Shown here: positions 20,762-32,141 of the stretch, piece by piece | How the letters are laid out: every line of letters starts with the position of its first letter | Numbering within the stretch: position 1 is the first letter of the stretch | Sequence record: OZ035760.1 | Source of the DNA: Tequatrovirus NIC06P2 | Length of the DNA stretch: 64,000 bases | Direction: 5' to 3' (one strand) | Program-made: the position numbers and the translations under genes | Notes under the pieces: model-generated | What the model saw: the letters and a program-made list of their open reading frames with translations, nothing else | What the model was told of the DNA's origin: nothing | The model's database searches: none

Positions 20762-23700
20762 ATGGCCGAGATTAAAAGAAAGTTCAGAGCAGAAGATGGT
20801 CTGGACGCAGGTGGCGATAAAATAATCAACGTAGCTTTAGCTGATCGTGCCGTAGGAACTGACGGTGTTAACGTTGATTACCTAATTCAAGAAAACACAG
20901 TTCAACAATACGATCCAACTCGTGGATATTTAAAAGATTTCGTAATCATTTATGATAACCGCTTTTGGGCTGCTATAAATGATATTCCAAAACCAGCAGG
21001 AGCTTTTAATAGCGGACGCTGGAGAGCATTACGTACCGATGCTAACTGGATTACGGTTTCATCTGGTTCATATCAATTAAAATCCGGTGAAGCAATTTCG
21101 GTTAATACTGCAGCTGGAAATGACATCACGTTTACTTTACCATCTTCTCCAATTGATGGTGATACTATCGTTCTCCAAGATATTGGAGGAAAACCCGGAG
21201 TTAACCAAGTTTTAATTGTAGCTCCAGTACAAAGTATTGTAAACTTTAGAGGTGAACAAGTACGTTCAGTACTAATGACTCATCCAAAGTCACAGCTAGT
21301 TTTAATTTTTAGTAATCGTCTGTGGCAAATGTATGTTGCTGATTATAGTAGAGAAGCTGTAATTGTAACACCAGCGAATACTTATCAAGCACAATCAAAC
21401 GATTTTATCGTACGTAGATTTACTTCTGCTGCACCGATTAATATTAAACTTCCAAGATTTGCTAATCATGGCGATATTATTAATTTCGTCGATTTAGATA
21501 AACTAAATCCGCTTTATCATACAATTGTTACTACATACGATGAAACGACTTCAATACAAGAAGTTGGAACTCATTCCATTGAAGGCCGTACAACGATTGA
21601 CGGTTTCTTGATGTTTGATGATAATGAGAAATTGTGGAGATTGTTTGACGGGGATAGTAAAGCGCGTTTACGCATTATAACGACTAATTCTAATATTCGT
21701 CCAAATGAAGAAGTTATGGTATTTGGTGCGAATAACGGAACAACTCAAACAATTGAGCTTAAGCTTCCAACTAATATTTCTGTTGGTGATACTGTTAAAA
21801 TTTCCATGAATTACATGAGAAAAGGACAAACAGTTAAAATCAAAGCTGCTGATGAAGATAAAATTGCTTCTTCAGTTCAATTGCTGCAATTCCCAAAACG
21901 CTCAGAATATCCGCCTGAAGCTGAGTGGGTTACAGTCCAAGAATTAGTTTTTAATGGTGAAACTAATTATGTTCCAGTTTTAGAGCTTGCTTATATAGAA
22001 GATTCTGATGGAAAATACTGGGTTGTACAGCAAAACGTTCCAACTGTAGAAAGAGTAGATTCTTTAAATGATTCTACTAGAGCAAGATTAGGCGTAATTG
22101 CTTTAGCTACACAAGCTCAAGCAAATGTCGATTTAGAAAATTCTCCACAAAAAGAATTAGCAATTACTCCAGAAACGTTAGCTAATCGCACTGCTACTGA
22201 AACTCGCAGAGGTATTGCAAGAATAGCAACTACTGCTCAAGTGAATCAGAACACCACATTCTCTTTTGCAGATGACCTTATCATTACTCCTAAAAAGCTG
22301 AATGAAAGAACTGCTACAGAAACTCGTAGAGGTGTCGCTGAAATTGCTACGCAGCAGGAAACTAATACAGGTACTGATGATACTACAATCATTACTCCTA
22401 AAAAGCTTCAAGCTCGTCAAGGTTCTGAATCATTATCTGGTATTGTAACTTTTGTATCTACTGCAGGTGCTACTCCAGCTTCTAGCCGTGAATTAAATGG
22501 TACGAATGTTTATAATAAAAACACTAATAATTTAGTTGTTTCACCTAAAGCTTTGGATCAGTATAAAGCTACGCCTACTCAACAGGGTGCAGTAATTTTA
22601 GCAGTTGAAAGTGAAGTAATTGCTGGACAAAGTCAGCAAGGATGGGCAAATGCTGTTGTAACGCCAGAAACGTTACATAAAAAGACATCAACTGATGGAA
22701 GAATTGGTTTAATTGAAATTGCTACGCAAAGTGAAGTTAATACAGGAACTGATTATACTCGTGCAGTCACTCCTAAAACTTTAAATGGTCGTAAAGCAAC
22801 TGAAAGTTTAAGTGGTATAGCTGAAATTGCTACACAAGTTGAATTCGACGCAGGCGTCGACGATACTCGTATCTCTACACCATTAAAAATTAAAACCAGA
22901 TTTAATAGTACTGATCGTACTTCTGTTGTTGCTCTATCTGGATTAGTTGAATCAGGAACTCTCTGGGACCATTATACACTTAATATTCTTGAAGCAAATG
23001 AGACACAGCGTGGTACACTTCGTGTAGCTACACAGGTTGAAGCTGCTGCAGGAAAATTAGATAATGTTTTAATAACTCCTAAAAAGCTTTTAGGTACTAA
23101 ATCTACTGAAGCACAAGAAGGTGTTATTAAAGTTGCAACTCAGTCTGAAACTGTGACTGGAACGTCAGCAAATACTGCTGTATCTCCAAAAAATTTAAAA
23201 TGGATTGTGCAGAGTGAACCTACCTGGGCAGCTACTACTGCGATAAGAGGTTTTGTTAAAACTTCATCTGGTTCAATTACGTTCGTTGGTAATGATACGG
23301 TAGGTTCAACACAGCCATTAGAATCATATGAGAAAAATAGCTATGCAATATCACCATATGAATTAAACCGTGTATTAGCAAATTATCTGCCGTTAAAAGC
23401 AAAAGCTGTAGATAGTAATTTATTGGATGGTCTAGATTCATCTCAGTTCATTCGTAGGGATATTGCACAGACGGTTAATGGTTCACTAACCTTAACCCAA
23501 CAAACGAATCTGAGTGCCCCTCTTGTATCATCTAGTACTGCTACGTTTGGTGGTTCAGTTTCGGTAAATACATTAACTATTTCTAAAACTGGAACAGCAG
23601 CTCGTCTGATTTTTGAGAAAGGACCTCAAACTGAAACTAACCCAGCGCAGACGATGACTATCAAAGTTTGGGGAAACCAGTTTAGTGGCAGACCAGATTC

Positions 23701-24631
23701 AACGCGTTCTACTGTATTTGAAGTTGGTGATGAAACATCTCATCACTTTTATTCTCAGCGCAATACAGCTGGAAAGATATTGTTTAATATCAATGGTACT
23801 GTAATGCCGATAGATGTAAATGCTTCTGGTTCATTGAATGCGAATGGCGTTGCAACATTTGGTAATTCAGTTACTGCTAATGGAGAATTTACCAGTAAAT
23901 CAGCAAATGCTTTTAGAGCAATAAATGGAAATTACGGATTCTTTATTCGTAATGCTGGTAATGACACCTATTTTATGCTCACTGCAGCCGGTGATCAGTT
24001 TGGTGGATTTAATGGATTACGTCCATTATCAATTAATAATCAATCCGGTCAAGTTACAATTGGTGAAGGGCTTATCATTAGTAAAGGTGGAGCAACAATT
24101 AACAGCGGTGGTTTAACTGTTAACTCGAGAATTCGTTCTCAGGGTACTAAAACATCTGATTTATATACCCGTGCGCCAACATCTGATACTGTAGGATTCT
24201 GGTCAATCGATATTAACGATTCAGCCACTTATAACCAGTTCCCAGGTTATTTTAAAATGGTTGAAAAAACTAATGAAGTGACTGGGCTTCCATACTTAGA
24301 ACGTGGCGAAGAAGTTAAATCTCCTGGTACATTGACTCAGTTTGGTAACACACTTGATTCGCTTTACCAAGATTGGATTACTTATCCAACGACGCCAGAA
24401 GCGCGTACCACTCGCTGGACACGTACCTGGCAGAAAACCAAAAACTCTTGGTCAAGTTTTGTTCAGGTATTTGACGGAGGTAACCCTCCTCAACCATCTG
24501 ATATCGGTGCTTTACCATCTGATAATGCTACAATGGGAAATCTTACTATTCGTGATTTCTTACGAATTGGTAATGTTCGCATTGTTCCTGACCCAGTGAA
24601 TAAATCTGTTAAATTTGAATGGGTTGAATAA
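20762..24631 (+). CDS. 34: long tail fibre proximal subunit gp34 (1289 aa)
   Basis: T4 gp34 length; internal repeats of the ATxxETxxG...IATQ...GTD...ITPKKL type; first gene of the 34-38 late cluster. Confidence 0.95.
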   Translation: MAEIKRKFRAEDGLDAGGDKIINVALADRAVGTDGVNVDYLIQENTVQQYDPTRGYLKDFVIIYDNRFWAAINDIPKPAGAFNSGRWRALRTDANWITVSSGSYQLKSGEAISVNTAAGNDITFTLPSSPIDGDTIVLQDIGGKPGVNQVLIVAPVQSIVNFRGEQVRSVLMTHPKSQLVLIFSNRLWQMYVADYSREAVIVTPANTYQAQSNDFIVRRFTSAAPINIKLPRFANHGDIINFVDLDKLNPLYHTIVTTYDETTSIQEVGTHSIEGRTTIDGFLMFDDNEKLWRLFDGDSKARLRIITTNSNIRPNEEVMVFGANNGTTQTIELKLPTNISVGDTVKISMNYMRKGQTVKIKAADEDKIASSVQLLQFPKRSEYPPEAEWVTVQELVFNGETNYVPVLELAYIEDSDGKYWVVQQNVPTVERVDSLNDSTRARLGVIALATQAQANVDLENSPQKELAITPETLANRTATETRRGIARIATTAQVNQNTTFSFADDLIITPKKLNERTATETRRGVAEIATQQETNTGTDDTTIITPKKLQARQGSESLSGIVTFVSTAGATPASSRELNGTNVYNKNTNNLVVSPKALDQYKATPTQQGAVILAVESEVIAGQSQQGWANAVVTPETLHKKTSTDGRIGLIEIATQSEVNTGTDYTRAVTPKTLNGRKATESLSGIAEIATQVEFDAGVDDTRISTPLKIKTRFNSTDRTSVVALSGLVESGTLWDHYTLNILEANETQRGTLRVATQVEAAAGKLDNVLITPKKLLGTKSTEAQEGVIKVATQSETVTGTSANTAVSPKNLKWIVQSEPTWAATTAIRGFVKTSSGSITFVGNDTVGSTQPLESYEKNSYAISPYELNRVLANYLPLKAKAVDSNLLDGLDSSQFIRRDIAQTVNGSLTLTQQTNLSAPLVSSSTATFGGSVSVNTLTISKTGTAARLIFEKGPQTETNPAQTMTIKVWGNQFSGRPDSTRSTVFEVGDETSHHFYSQRNTAGKILFNINGTVMPIDVNASGSLNANGVATFGNSVTANGEFTSKSANAFRAINGNYGFFIRNAGNDTYFMLTAAGDQFGGFNGLRPLSINNQSGQVTIGEGLIISKGGATINSGGLTVNSRIRSQGTKTSDLYTRAPTSDTVGFWSIDINDSATYNQFPGYFKMVEKTNEVTGLPYLERGEEVKSPGTLTQFGNTLDSLYQDWITYPTTPEARTTRWTRTWQKTKNSWSSFVQVFDGGNPPQPSDIGALPSDNATMGNLTIRDFLRIGNVRIVPDPVNKSVKFEWVE
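22150..23200 (+). repeat. in-frame imperfect tandem repeats within gene 34 (about 40-aa units)
   Basis: DNA motifs attactcctaaaaagct (22283, 22391, 23077) and actgctac[t/a]gaaactcg[c/t]agaggt (22190, 22311) recur; the protein repeats are visible. Confidence 0.6.
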
Positions 24632-24639
24632 GAGGTATT

Positions 24640-25755
24640 ATGGAAAAATTTATGGCAGAGTTTGGACAAGGATATGTCCAAACGCCATTTTTATCGGAAA
24701 GCAATTCAGTAAGATACAAAATAAGTATAGCGGGTTCTTGCCCGCTTTCTACAGCAGGACCATACGTTAAATTTCAGGATAATCCTATCGGAAATCAAAC
24801 ATTTAGCGCAGGCCTTCATTTAAGAGTTTTTGACCCTTCCACCGGAGCATTAGTTGATAGTAAGTCATATGCTTTTTCGACTTCAAATGATACTACATCA
24901 GCTGCTTTTGTTAGTTTCATGAATTCTTTGACGAATAATCGAATTGTTGCTATATTAACTAACGGAAAGGTTAATTTTCCTCCTGAAGTAGTATCTTGGT
25001 TAAGAACCGCCGGAACGTCTGCCTTTCCATCTGATTCCATATTGTCAAGATTCGACGTATCATATGCTGCTTTTTACACTTCTTCTAAAAGAGCTATTGC
25101 ATTAGAGCATGTTAAACTGAGTAATAGAAAAAGCACAGATGACTATCAAACTATTTTAGATGTTGTATTTGACAGTTTAGAAGATGTTGGAGCTACCGGG
25201 TTTCCAAGAAGAACGTATGAAAGCGTTGAGCAATTTATGTCAGCGGTTGGTGGAACTAATAACGAAATTGCGCGTCTACCAACTTCAGCTGCTATAAGTA
25301 AATTATCTGATTATAATTTAGTTCCTGGTGATGTTCTTTATCTTAAAACACAACTATACGCTGACGCTGATTTACTTGCTCTTGGAACTACAAATATATC
25401 TATCCGTTTTTATAATTCATCTAATGGATATATTTCCTCGACACATGCTGAATTTACTGGACAAGCTGGTGTTTGGGAATTAAAGGAAGATTATGTAGTT
25501 GTTCCAGAAAACGCAGTAGGATTTACGATATATGCACAAAGAACTGCACAAGCTGGCCAAGGTGGCATGAGAAATTTAAGCTTTTCTGAGGTGTCAAGAA
25601 ATGGTAGTATTTCGAAACCCGCTGAATTTGGCGTCAATGGTATTCGAGTTAATTATGTCTGTGAATCCGCTTCACCTCCGGATATAATGGTACTTCCTAC
25701 ACAAGCATCGTCTAAAACTGGTAAAGTGTTTGGGCAAGAATTTAGAGAAGTATAA
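24640..25755 (+). CDS. 35: long tail fibre hinge connector gp35 (371 aa)
   Basis: Size and position immediately after gene 34. Confidence 0.9.
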   Translation: MEKFMAEFGQGYVQTPFLSESNSVRYKISIAGSCPLSTAGPYVKFQDNPIGNQTFSAGLHLRVFDPSTGALVDSKSYAFSTSNDTTSAAFVSFMNSLTNNRIVAILTNGKVNFPPEVVSWLRTAGTSAFPSDSILSRFDVSYAAFYTSSKRAIALEHVKLSNRKSTDDYQTILDVVFDSLEDVGATGFPRRTYESVEQFMSAVGGTNNEIARLPTSAAISKLSDYNLVPGDVLYLKTQLYADADLLALGTTNISIRFYNSSNGYISSTHAEFTGQAGVWELKEDYVVVPENAVGFTIYAQRTAQAGQGGMRNLSFSEVSRNGSISKPAEFGVNGIRVNYVCESASPPDIMVLPTQASSKTGKVFGQEFREV

Positions 25756-25760
25756 ATTGA

Positions 25761-25783
25761 GGGAGCCTTCGGGTTCCCTTTTT
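25761..25783 (+). terminator. intrinsic terminator after gene 35
   Basis: gggagcc-uucg-gguuccc hairpin followed by T5. Confidence 0.7.
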
Positions 25784-25786
25784 CTT

Positions 25787-25794
25787 TATAAATA
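25787..25794 (+). promoter_or_regulatory. late promoter TATAAATA upstream of gene 36
   Basis: Exact TATAAATA about 24 nt upstream of the gene 36 ATG. Confidence 0.75.
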
Positions 25795-25817
25795 ATATTA
25801 AAATAAAGGGGCATACA

Positions 25818-26507
25818 ATGGCTGATTTAAAAGTAGGTTCAACAACTGGAGGCTCTGTCATTTGGCATCAAGGAAATTTTCCATTGAATCCAGCCGGTGA
25901 CGATGTACTCTATAAATCATTTAAAATATATTCAGAATATAACAAACCACAAGCTGCTGATAACGATTTCGTTTCTAAAGCTAATGGTGGCACAGATTCT
26001 CAAGGTTTCCAAAAAGAAGTAGAATTTAAAAAAGGTGTTAAGATTTCTGCAACGTTTTCTGGCGGTTCAAACCTGAATGGGTTATATTCTGGCAATGGAG
26101 ATGGAGCTTCCAGAGAAAAAGCTAACATGGATTTACGTTCATGGTACGGCATTGGTATTTGGAACTCATGCACAGGTGATGGGATCCAGGGACGCACAAT
26201 CTGGTTTAATGTCAGGCGTGGTACAGTTGAAACACTTGGCGATATTGTTTCGGGCAAACAAGTTATTTCTAATGCTTCAGGACCGACCGGCCCAGCACAC
26301 TTAACTCGCAAAGATTATGTTGATGGAGCAATAAATAATGTTACAGCAAATGCGAACTCTAGAGTGTTGCGTTCTGGTGACACTATGACAGGTAATTTAA
26401 CGGCGCCAAACTTTTTCTCGCAGAATCCCGCATCTCAACCTTCACATGTTCCACGATTTGACCAAATCGTAATTAAGGATTCTGTTCAAGATTTCGGCTA
26501 TTATTAA
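25818..26507 (+). CDS. 36: long tail fibre distal connector gp36 (229 aa)
   Basis: Position and size; shares the GDTM(T/S)GNLT motif with the gp37 N-terminal region. Confidence 0.9.
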   Translation: MADLKVGSTTGGSVIWHQGNFPLNPAGDDVLYKSFKIYSEYNKPQAADNDFVSKANGGTDSQGFQKEVEFKKGVKISATFSGGSNLNGLYSGNGDGASREKANMDLRSWYGIGIWNSCTGDGIQGRTIWFNVRRGTVETLGDIVSGKQVISNASGPTGPAHLTRKDYVDGAINNVTANANSRVLRSGDTMTGNLTAPNFFSQNPASQPSHVPRFDQIVIKDSVQDFGYY

Positions 26508-26515
26508 GAGGACTT

Positions 26516-29500
26516 ATGGCTACTTTAAAACAAATACAATTTAAAAGAAGCAAAACCGCAGGTGCACGTCCTGCTGCTTCAGTATTAGCCGAAGGTGAAT
26601 TGGCTATAAACTTAAAAGATAGAACAATTTTTACTAAAGATGATTCAGGAAATATCATTGATTTAGGTATTGCTAAAGGCGGCCAGGTTGATGGTGATGT
26701 GACTATCAATGGTAAATTAACATTAAATGGCGCGTATGTTCAGACGCTGGCTGGTATTAATACTACGGGTGGTATTAATTCTGGGGCCGCTATAAGTGCA
26801 ACAACTTATTATGCTCGGTCTGGTTCTTTTTATGCTCGTGCTCCAGATGCCAATGCGAATACACATGTTTGGTTTGAAAATAACAATGGTATAGAACGTG
26901 GTGTGATTTGGGCTGTTCCGAACACTTCAGACCTAGGCTCGGTACGTATTCGAGCAAAAACCACAGGCGGTGTTTTCGCCGGCGAGTACAGTTTCCGCTC
27001 TGATGGCCGATTTGATGTTCCTGTAGCAGTTAAAATCGGCGGAGCAGCGATGCTAACCAAAGATGGCAACATTACCTCTGGTTCTATGTTTGGCGGTAAC
27101 CTTAACAACTATTTGACTTCTATTAAAAATGACATTGTTGCTGGTGATAATAAGAAAGTAAGTAAAACCGGTGACACGATGTCCGGCAACTTGACTATTA
27201 ACGCTAACTTAAAAGTCGAAAACTCTAATGGAACGTTTGTTGATTTAGGTTCAGAGAACTCTGATAAGTATAGCAGATTAACTCTTGCTCGTAAAATTGG
27301 CGATGGCGCTGGTGTAGCAATGCTTAAAGTTACTCCTGAAGGAAACGTGCAATTTGGTTATCAACCTACAGTTGCTACTCCATCTCCTACCAAGTATATT
27401 CTAATTAAACCTAACGGTCTTGAAGTAGAAGGTGATTTAGTTTTTAAGCAAACTTATCGTGGTGTTGAAGAAGCATTTGATATTACTGATCAGACTATTG
27501 ACCTTAATAGCCTTATTATTAGAGGATCAGATTTAGGTACTCGTAAGCTGTATAAATGCAGATCATCTGGAGGTGGTTCTAATATATTGAACAAACCTAC
27601 ATCTGACGGCAACTTTACTCTTGAAGTTCTGTCTTTACGCAAGGTTTCTGATACCGATTGGTCATGTAAGCAGACCTTTACTACAAAGAACAATAATGTT
27701 GTAGGCGTATATGTTCGCTACGGGCAAGGCGGCTCATGGTCTGCATGGCAAGAAGTTGTATCTGGCGTTCAGCCAATTAATTTAGGTGGTACTGGAGCAA
27801 CTTCTGCAGCTGCTGCCCGTAATAACCTTGGTGTTGGTGCAGGCCAAACTGTAACATTCGGTAATTTAGTTACCACCGATTTAACTGCAAACGGAAACGT
27901 TAGATTAGTTGGAAGACTGAACTTTGGTTCTAATTCTCAGTCGGCTGGTGTATTACGCGCCAACGAAGGTGGGGCTGTTGTTTTAAGTTCTGCAAGTGGT
28001 GCAAACATCCACATCAGAGCGGGCGGCGATACTTCTACTGGTGAAACTCGCTTTGAGCCAAATGGCAACGTTGTAGTTGGTGGAGCTATTACAACATCTC
28101 AGCGTATTACAGTTAATGCTGCCACCGATGCTATTGTTGTTAACGCTCCAACTCAAGCATCATCCAACTATATTCAGGGTCGTAAAGCTGGTGTCGCTAA
28201 ATGGTATGTCGGCATTGGCGATGATGGTGATGCAGTACGTCTACATAACAATGTATATTACCATGGTATTGGATTGAGCGCTGATACTGTCGATATTACC
28301 AAGCCTCTTAAAGTCGGAAATGCCAAACTAGGAACTGATGGTAATATCACCGGTGGTTCTGGCAATTTTTCTAACTTGAACACAACATTAAACCGTAAAG
28401 TTAATGTTGGTACATGGTCAGGTGTTGATAAAGTAGTAGGTTGGTACTGGTACAAATTTGCTACTGTAACAATGCCACAATCTGCATCTACCGCGCGTTT
28501 CAAAATTATCGGCGGGAATGGTTATAATGCTAATGCTCCTGAACAAGCATCTGTAAGTGAAATTGTTCTTAGAACTGGTAATAATAATCCTAAATCTATT
28601 AATGCGGTGCTGTGGTCTAGCACTAGTACCGGCCCGTCAAACATTGCTACAGTGAATACATCTGGCGATAATTATGATGTATATGTATACATGGGCAATT
28701 TTGCCCAATCTTTATTGGTTGAATATGATGCTACAGATACTCGTTATATTTCGGTAATCGGTCTTAATGGTGCATCTCAATCACCGGTAGAAGAGCTTCC
28801 TGTGAATAATGTTAAAGGTCGTGTTTTTAAACTTCTTAATAACAGCTCGGGTGTTTTTGATGCAGATAGTTCTAATATTTCTACAAACGCAACTTTTGTG
28901 GCAAATACTCCTTTAGGATTCCGTCACAAATCTAACGGCGACGAAAGTGGCTCTGCCGCTACTCTGCTTTATAATGATGGTACTACGTTCCACATATTAT
29001 TAACAGATAAAAATACCAATACTGATAGAACTAAAGCCTCTGGTTCTTATAATAGCTTGAGACCTTTTTCTATCGATATCGCTTCAGGTAAAGTAACTAT
29101 TTCACACTCTATGAGCGTTTTTGGGGTATCAGAGTTTTATACTGGCCTTAACATCAAAAATAATGGAATTAACTTTGATAAGTCTGGTGCTAACCCGAGA
29201 AACATGAGAATATTCCATGCCGGAGATGCCACACGTGGTAACCGTATTGAAATTGCTGATGATTCAAGTTATTTGGTTTATTTCCAACGTTTACCGGGCG
29301 GCGCTAACCAGTGTACATTTAACTCTGCTGCTCTTTCTGGTATAACACAGACTAACTCTTTTGGTATTAATACAACAAATGCATGGGGTGGTAACTCAAT
29401 TACAATAGGTGATAACGATACTGGTTTTAGACAAGTAGGCGATGGGCTTTTAGAAGCGTGGGCGAACAATGTTAAAGTTGTTAGATTCACCTCAGGTGAA

Positions 29501-29845
29501 GTTTATTCCGAGAAAAACGTCAACGCTCCTAATGTTTACATTCGTTCTGATGTTCGCTTGAAATCTAATTTCAAACCTATTAAAAATGCGCTCGAAAGGG
29601 TTGAGCAACTTGATGGTTTAATCTATGACAAAGCTGAATATATAGGCGGTGAACCTGCTCAAACAGAAGCGGGTATTATAGCTCAAACGTTGCAAGACGT
29701 TTTACCAGAAGCAGTCCGTGAATCAGAAGACAGCAAGGGTAATAAAATACTCACTGTTTCTTCTCAAGCCCAGATTGCTCTTCTGGTTGAAGCTGTGAAA
29801 ACACTTTCTTCTCGTGTAAAAGAACTTGAATCTAAACTTATGTAA
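26516..29845 (+). CDS. 37: long tail fibre distal subunit gp37 with C-terminal intramolecular chaperone domain (1109 aa)
   Basis: Position; the C-terminal 98 aa (from DVRLKSNF...) show the peptidase S74 autochaperone motif (...NAL..V..L.G..Y...E.......TE.G.IAQ....VLPEAV). Confidence 0.9.
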   Translation: MATLKQIQFKRSKTAGARPAASVLAEGELAINLKDRTIFTKDDSGNIIDLGIAKGGQVDGDVTINGKLTLNGAYVQTLAGINTTGGINSGAAISATTYYARSGSFYARAPDANANTHVWFENNNGIERGVIWAVPNTSDLGSVRIRAKTTGGVFAGEYSFRSDGRFDVPVAVKIGGAAMLTKDGNITSGSMFGGNLNNYLTSIKNDIVAGDNKKVSKTGDTMSGNLTINANLKVENSNGTFVDLGSENSDKYSRLTLARKIGDGAGVAMLKVTPEGNVQFGYQPTVATPSPTKYILIKPNGLEVEGDLVFKQTYRGVEEAFDITDQTIDLNSLIIRGSDLGTRKLYKCRSSGGGSNILNKPTSDGNFTLEVLSLRKVSDTDWSCKQTFTTKNNNVVGVYVRYGQGGSWSAWQEVVSGVQPINLGGTGATSAAAARNNLGVGAGQTVTFGNLVTTDLTANGNVRLVGRLNFGSNSQSAGVLRANEGGAVVLSSASGANIHIRAGGDTSTGETRFEPNGNVVVGGAITTSQRITVNAATDAIVVNAPTQASSNYIQGRKAGVAKWYVGIGDDGDAVRLHNNVYYHGIGLSADTVDITKPLKVGNAKLGTDGNITGGSGNFSNLNTTLNRKVNVGTWSGVDKVVGWYWYKFATVTMPQSASTARFKIIGGNGYNANAPEQASVSEIVLRTGNNNPKSINAVLWSSTSTGPSNIATVNTSGDNYDVYVYMGNFAQSLLVEYDATDTRYISVIGLNGASQSPVEELPVNNVKGRVFKLLNNSSGVFDADSSNISTNATFVANTPLGFRHKSNGDESGSAATLLYNDGTTFHILLTDKNTNTDRTKASGSYNSLRPFSIDIASGKVTISHSMSVFGVSEFYTGLNIKNNGINFDKSGANPRNMRIFHAGDATRGNRIEIADDSSYLVYFQRLPGGANQCTFNSAALSGITQTNSFGINTTNAWGGNSITIGDNDTGFRQVGDGLLEAWANNVKVVRFTSGEVYSEKNVNAPNVYIRSDVRLKSNFKPIKNALERVEQLDGLIYDKAEYIGGEPAQTEAGIIAQTLQDVLPEAVRESEDSKGNKILTVSSQAQIALLVEAVKTLSSRVKELESKLM

Positions 29846-29846
29846 A

Positions 29847-29864
29847 AGAGGGCTTCGGCCCTCT
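29847..29864 (+). other. stable UUCG-loop hairpin between genes 37 and 38
   Basis: agagggc-uucg-gcccucu directly after the gene 37 stop; not followed by a clean U-run. Confidence 0.45.
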
Positions 29865-29875
29865 AAGGATTTTTA

Positions 29876-30658
29876 ATGGCAATTGTAGGTGTTCCTGGCT
29901 GGATTGGTGAATCTGCCGTGAATGAAACTGGACAACGTTGGATGGATGCTGCAATGAGAGCAGTTCGTGTTTCAGTTCCCGGTTGGATGAGCTCAATGGC
30001 TGGACAATCTAAAGAAATTATTCACACGCTTGGAGCAGACCATAACTTCAATGGTCAATGGTTCCGAGATAGGTGTTTTGAGGCAGGTAGTACACCTATA
30101 GTGTTTAATATTACAGGTGATTTAGTATCATATTCTAAAGATGTTCCTTTATTCTTCATGTATGGAGATACACCGAATGAATATGTTCAGTTGAATATAC
30201 ACGGCGTAACGATGTATGGACGTGGCGGTAATGGCGGTAGCAATAGTCCTGGCTCAGCTGGAGGTCATTGTATTCAAAATGATATTGGTGGGAGACTAAG
30301 AATTAATAATGGTGGAGCTATTGCTGGCGGCGGCGGTGGCGGTGGCGGCGGATATTATTCTCCTTTTTCACAAATGAGATTGACCTTTGGCGGCGGTGGC
30401 GGTCGTCCTTTTGGTGCGCCAGGCGGATCTATTGATATGCAATCAGGCGCGACTGGTGGTACTATTTCTGCACCTGGCTCAGGATCCGTGAATGGTATCT
30501 ATAATGGCGGAAACGGTGGTGAAGTAGGTTCCGCGGGAGGTAGATGCAATATTCGCGGTCAAGGATCTGAATATAATGGCGGCGCTGCTGGTTATGCTGT
30601 CATAGGGTCCGCTCCAACGTGGCAAAATGTTGGAGCAATATATGGTCCAAGAGTATAA
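29876..30658 (+). CDS. 38: gp38 tail-fibre tip adhesin, T2-type (260 aa; glycine-rich motifs)
   Basis: Multiple poly-Gly motifs ([39 protein letters not shown]) separated by variable segments; follows gene 37. Confidence 0.85.
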   Translation: MAIVGVPGWIGESAVNETGQRWMDAAMRAVRVSVPGWMSSMAGQSKEIIHTLGADHNFNGQWFRDRCFEAGSTPIVFNITGDLVSYSKDVPLFFMYGDTPNEYVQLNIHGVTMYGRGGNGGSNSPGSAGGHCIQNDIGGRLRINNGGAIAGGGGGGGGGYYSPFSQMRLTFGGGGGRPFGAPGGSIDMQSGATGGTISAPGSGSVNGIYNGGNGGEVGSAGGRCNIRGQGSEYNGGAAGYAVIGSAPTWQNVGAIYGPRV

Positions 30659-30688
30659 TGTGAATAAATACCCTTAAAAGGAGGGTCT

Positions 30689-31345
30689 ATGGCAGCACCT
30701 AGAATATCATTTTCGCCCTCTGATATTCTATTTGGTGTTCTAGATCGCTTGTTCAAAGATAATGCTACCGGGAAAGTTCTTGCTTCCCGGGTAGCTGTCG
30801 TAATTCTTTTGTTTATAATGGCGATTGTTTGGTATAGGGGAGATAGTTTCTTTGAGTACTATAAGCAATCAAAGTATGAAACATACAGCGAAATTATTGA
30901 AAAGGAAAGAAATGCACGCTTTGAATCTGTCGCCCTGGAACAACTCCAGATAGTTCATATATCATCTGAGGCAGACTTTAGTGCGGTGTATTCTTTCCGC
31001 CCTAAAAACTTAAACTATTTTGTTGATATTATAGCATACGAAGGAAAATTACCTTCAACAATAAGCGAAAAATCACTTGGAGGATATCCTGTTGATAAAA
31101 CTATGGATGAATATGCAGTTCATTTAAATGGACGTCATTATTATTCCGACTCAAAATTTGCTTTTTTACCAACTAAAAAGCCTACTCCCGAAATAAACTA
31201 CATGTACAGTTGTCCATATTTTAATTTGGATAATATCTATGCTGGAACGATAACCATGTACTGGTATAGAAATGATCATATAAGTAATGACCGCCTTGAA
31301 TCAATATGTGCTCAGGCGGCCAGAATATTAGGAAGGGCTAAATAA
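30689..31345 (+). CDS. t: holin T (218 aa)
   Basis: Matches T4 holin: short cytoplasmic N-terminus, single TM segment (VAVVILLFIMAIVW), large periplasmic domain. Confidence 0.95.
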   Translation: MAAPRISFSPSDILFGVLDRLFKDNATGKVLASRVAVVILLFIMAIVWYRGDSFFEYYKQSKYETYSEIIEKERNARFESVALEQLQIVHISSEADFSAVYSFRPKNLNYFVDIIAYEGKLPSTISEKSLGGYPVDKTMDEYAVHLNGRHYYSDSKFAFLPTKKPTPEINYMYSCPYFNLDNIYAGTITMYWYRNDHISNDRLESICAQAARILGRAK

Positions 31346-31618
31346 TTATTTGTTCGTATACATCTCTAGATATCGATATACACCCTCAAAACCCTCGTTG
31401 AATTCGTCGATGAGGGTTTTCTTATCTTCTTGAGTTAATTCAGAAACAATTTTACGGAATGAATTCTGATTTAATTTTCTACCTTCATGCGTTACTCCAA
31501 TCTCATTCAGAAATGCAATAAAATTAGCACGATTCTCAACAATATCTTCTCTGGAAAATTTAATCAAAATAGAAGCAACAGTAATAATTTCACGAACTGT
31601 ATCAATATTTTTATTCAT
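31346..31618 (-). CDS. asiA: anti-sigma70 factor AsiA (90 aa)
   Basis: Matches T4 AsiA length and sequence; convergent with gene t. Confidence 0.9.
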   Translation of the reverse strand: MNKNIDTVREIITVASILIKFSREDIVENRANFIAFLNEIGVTHEGRKLNQNSFRKIVSELTQEDKKTLIDEFNEGFEGVYRYLEMYTNK

Positions 31619-31630
31619 TAACTATACCAC

Positions 31631-31783
31631 TCAATTAGTTGACTTTGTTATAATATCATCAGACGCTTGATTTGTAAACTGGTCTGTGTTATTTTCTTCA
31701 AAAATTTTTTCTACGAATTCCTTGAACGATTCACGTTCCTGAGCTACATTATGCTCGATTACCTTTTCAAGATTATGACTCAT
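31631..31783 (-). CDS. small acidic ORF (50 aa; asiA.1 position)
   Basis: ATG overlaps the arn stop (ATGA); below the track size cut-off, translated by hand. Confidence 0.4.
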   Translation of the reverse strand: MSHNLEKVIEHNVAQERESFKEFVEKIFEENNTDQFTNQASDDIITKSTN

Positions 31784-32058
31784 TCGAAATAATCTTCAAT
31801 TTCATAATCATGGACATAAATCATTATAGTTTTTAATACATCATCAATACTTTTTCCTGGAGCTGGAATTACGTAAAAATATCCTGCTTTTGAGAGGTCT
31901 TTATAAGTTCCAATCAAGAAATCATTATTCTCAAGATGTAGTTCTTCAACTAATTCATTAACAATTGAGTGGTATAAATTTGGTAGAAACTTATATAGCT
32001 TTTCTAGAATATCAATTTTGATTGTGTATTGAACTACGGATTGAGAATCAATAATCAT
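31780..32058 (-). CDS. arn: Arn anti-restriction protein (92 aa)
   Basis: Size, acidic composition and position next to asiA as in T4. Confidence 0.8.
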   Translation of the reverse strand: MIIDSQSVVQYTIKIDILEKLYKFLPNLYHSIVNELVEELHLENNDFLIGTYKDLSKAGYFYVIPAPGKSIDDVLKTIMIYVHDYEIEDYFE

Positions 32059-32141
32059 AGACCTTCCCCTTATGTTTCTGTTTGCGATTAGATTCTTTAA
32101 ACGCTTTCTTCTTATCCTTATGAACAGAAGCTTTATTAAAA

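Noticed and set aside
20632-20829. Minus-strand 65-aa ORF spanning the rnh/gene 34 divergent promoter region
   Set aside because: It overlaps the gene 34 late promoter and the gene 34 start in antisense; no start context.
30331-30355. ggcggcggtggcggtggcggcgg simple-sequence tract as a possible non-coding repeat or CRISPR-like element
   Set aside because: It is in frame within gene 38 and encodes the poly-Gly motif of the adhesin; no spacer-repeat periodicity.
30640-30688. Late promoter upstream of gene t (gaataaata)
   Set aside because: Only a one-mismatch variant of TATAAATA is present, which is not convincing enough to annotate.
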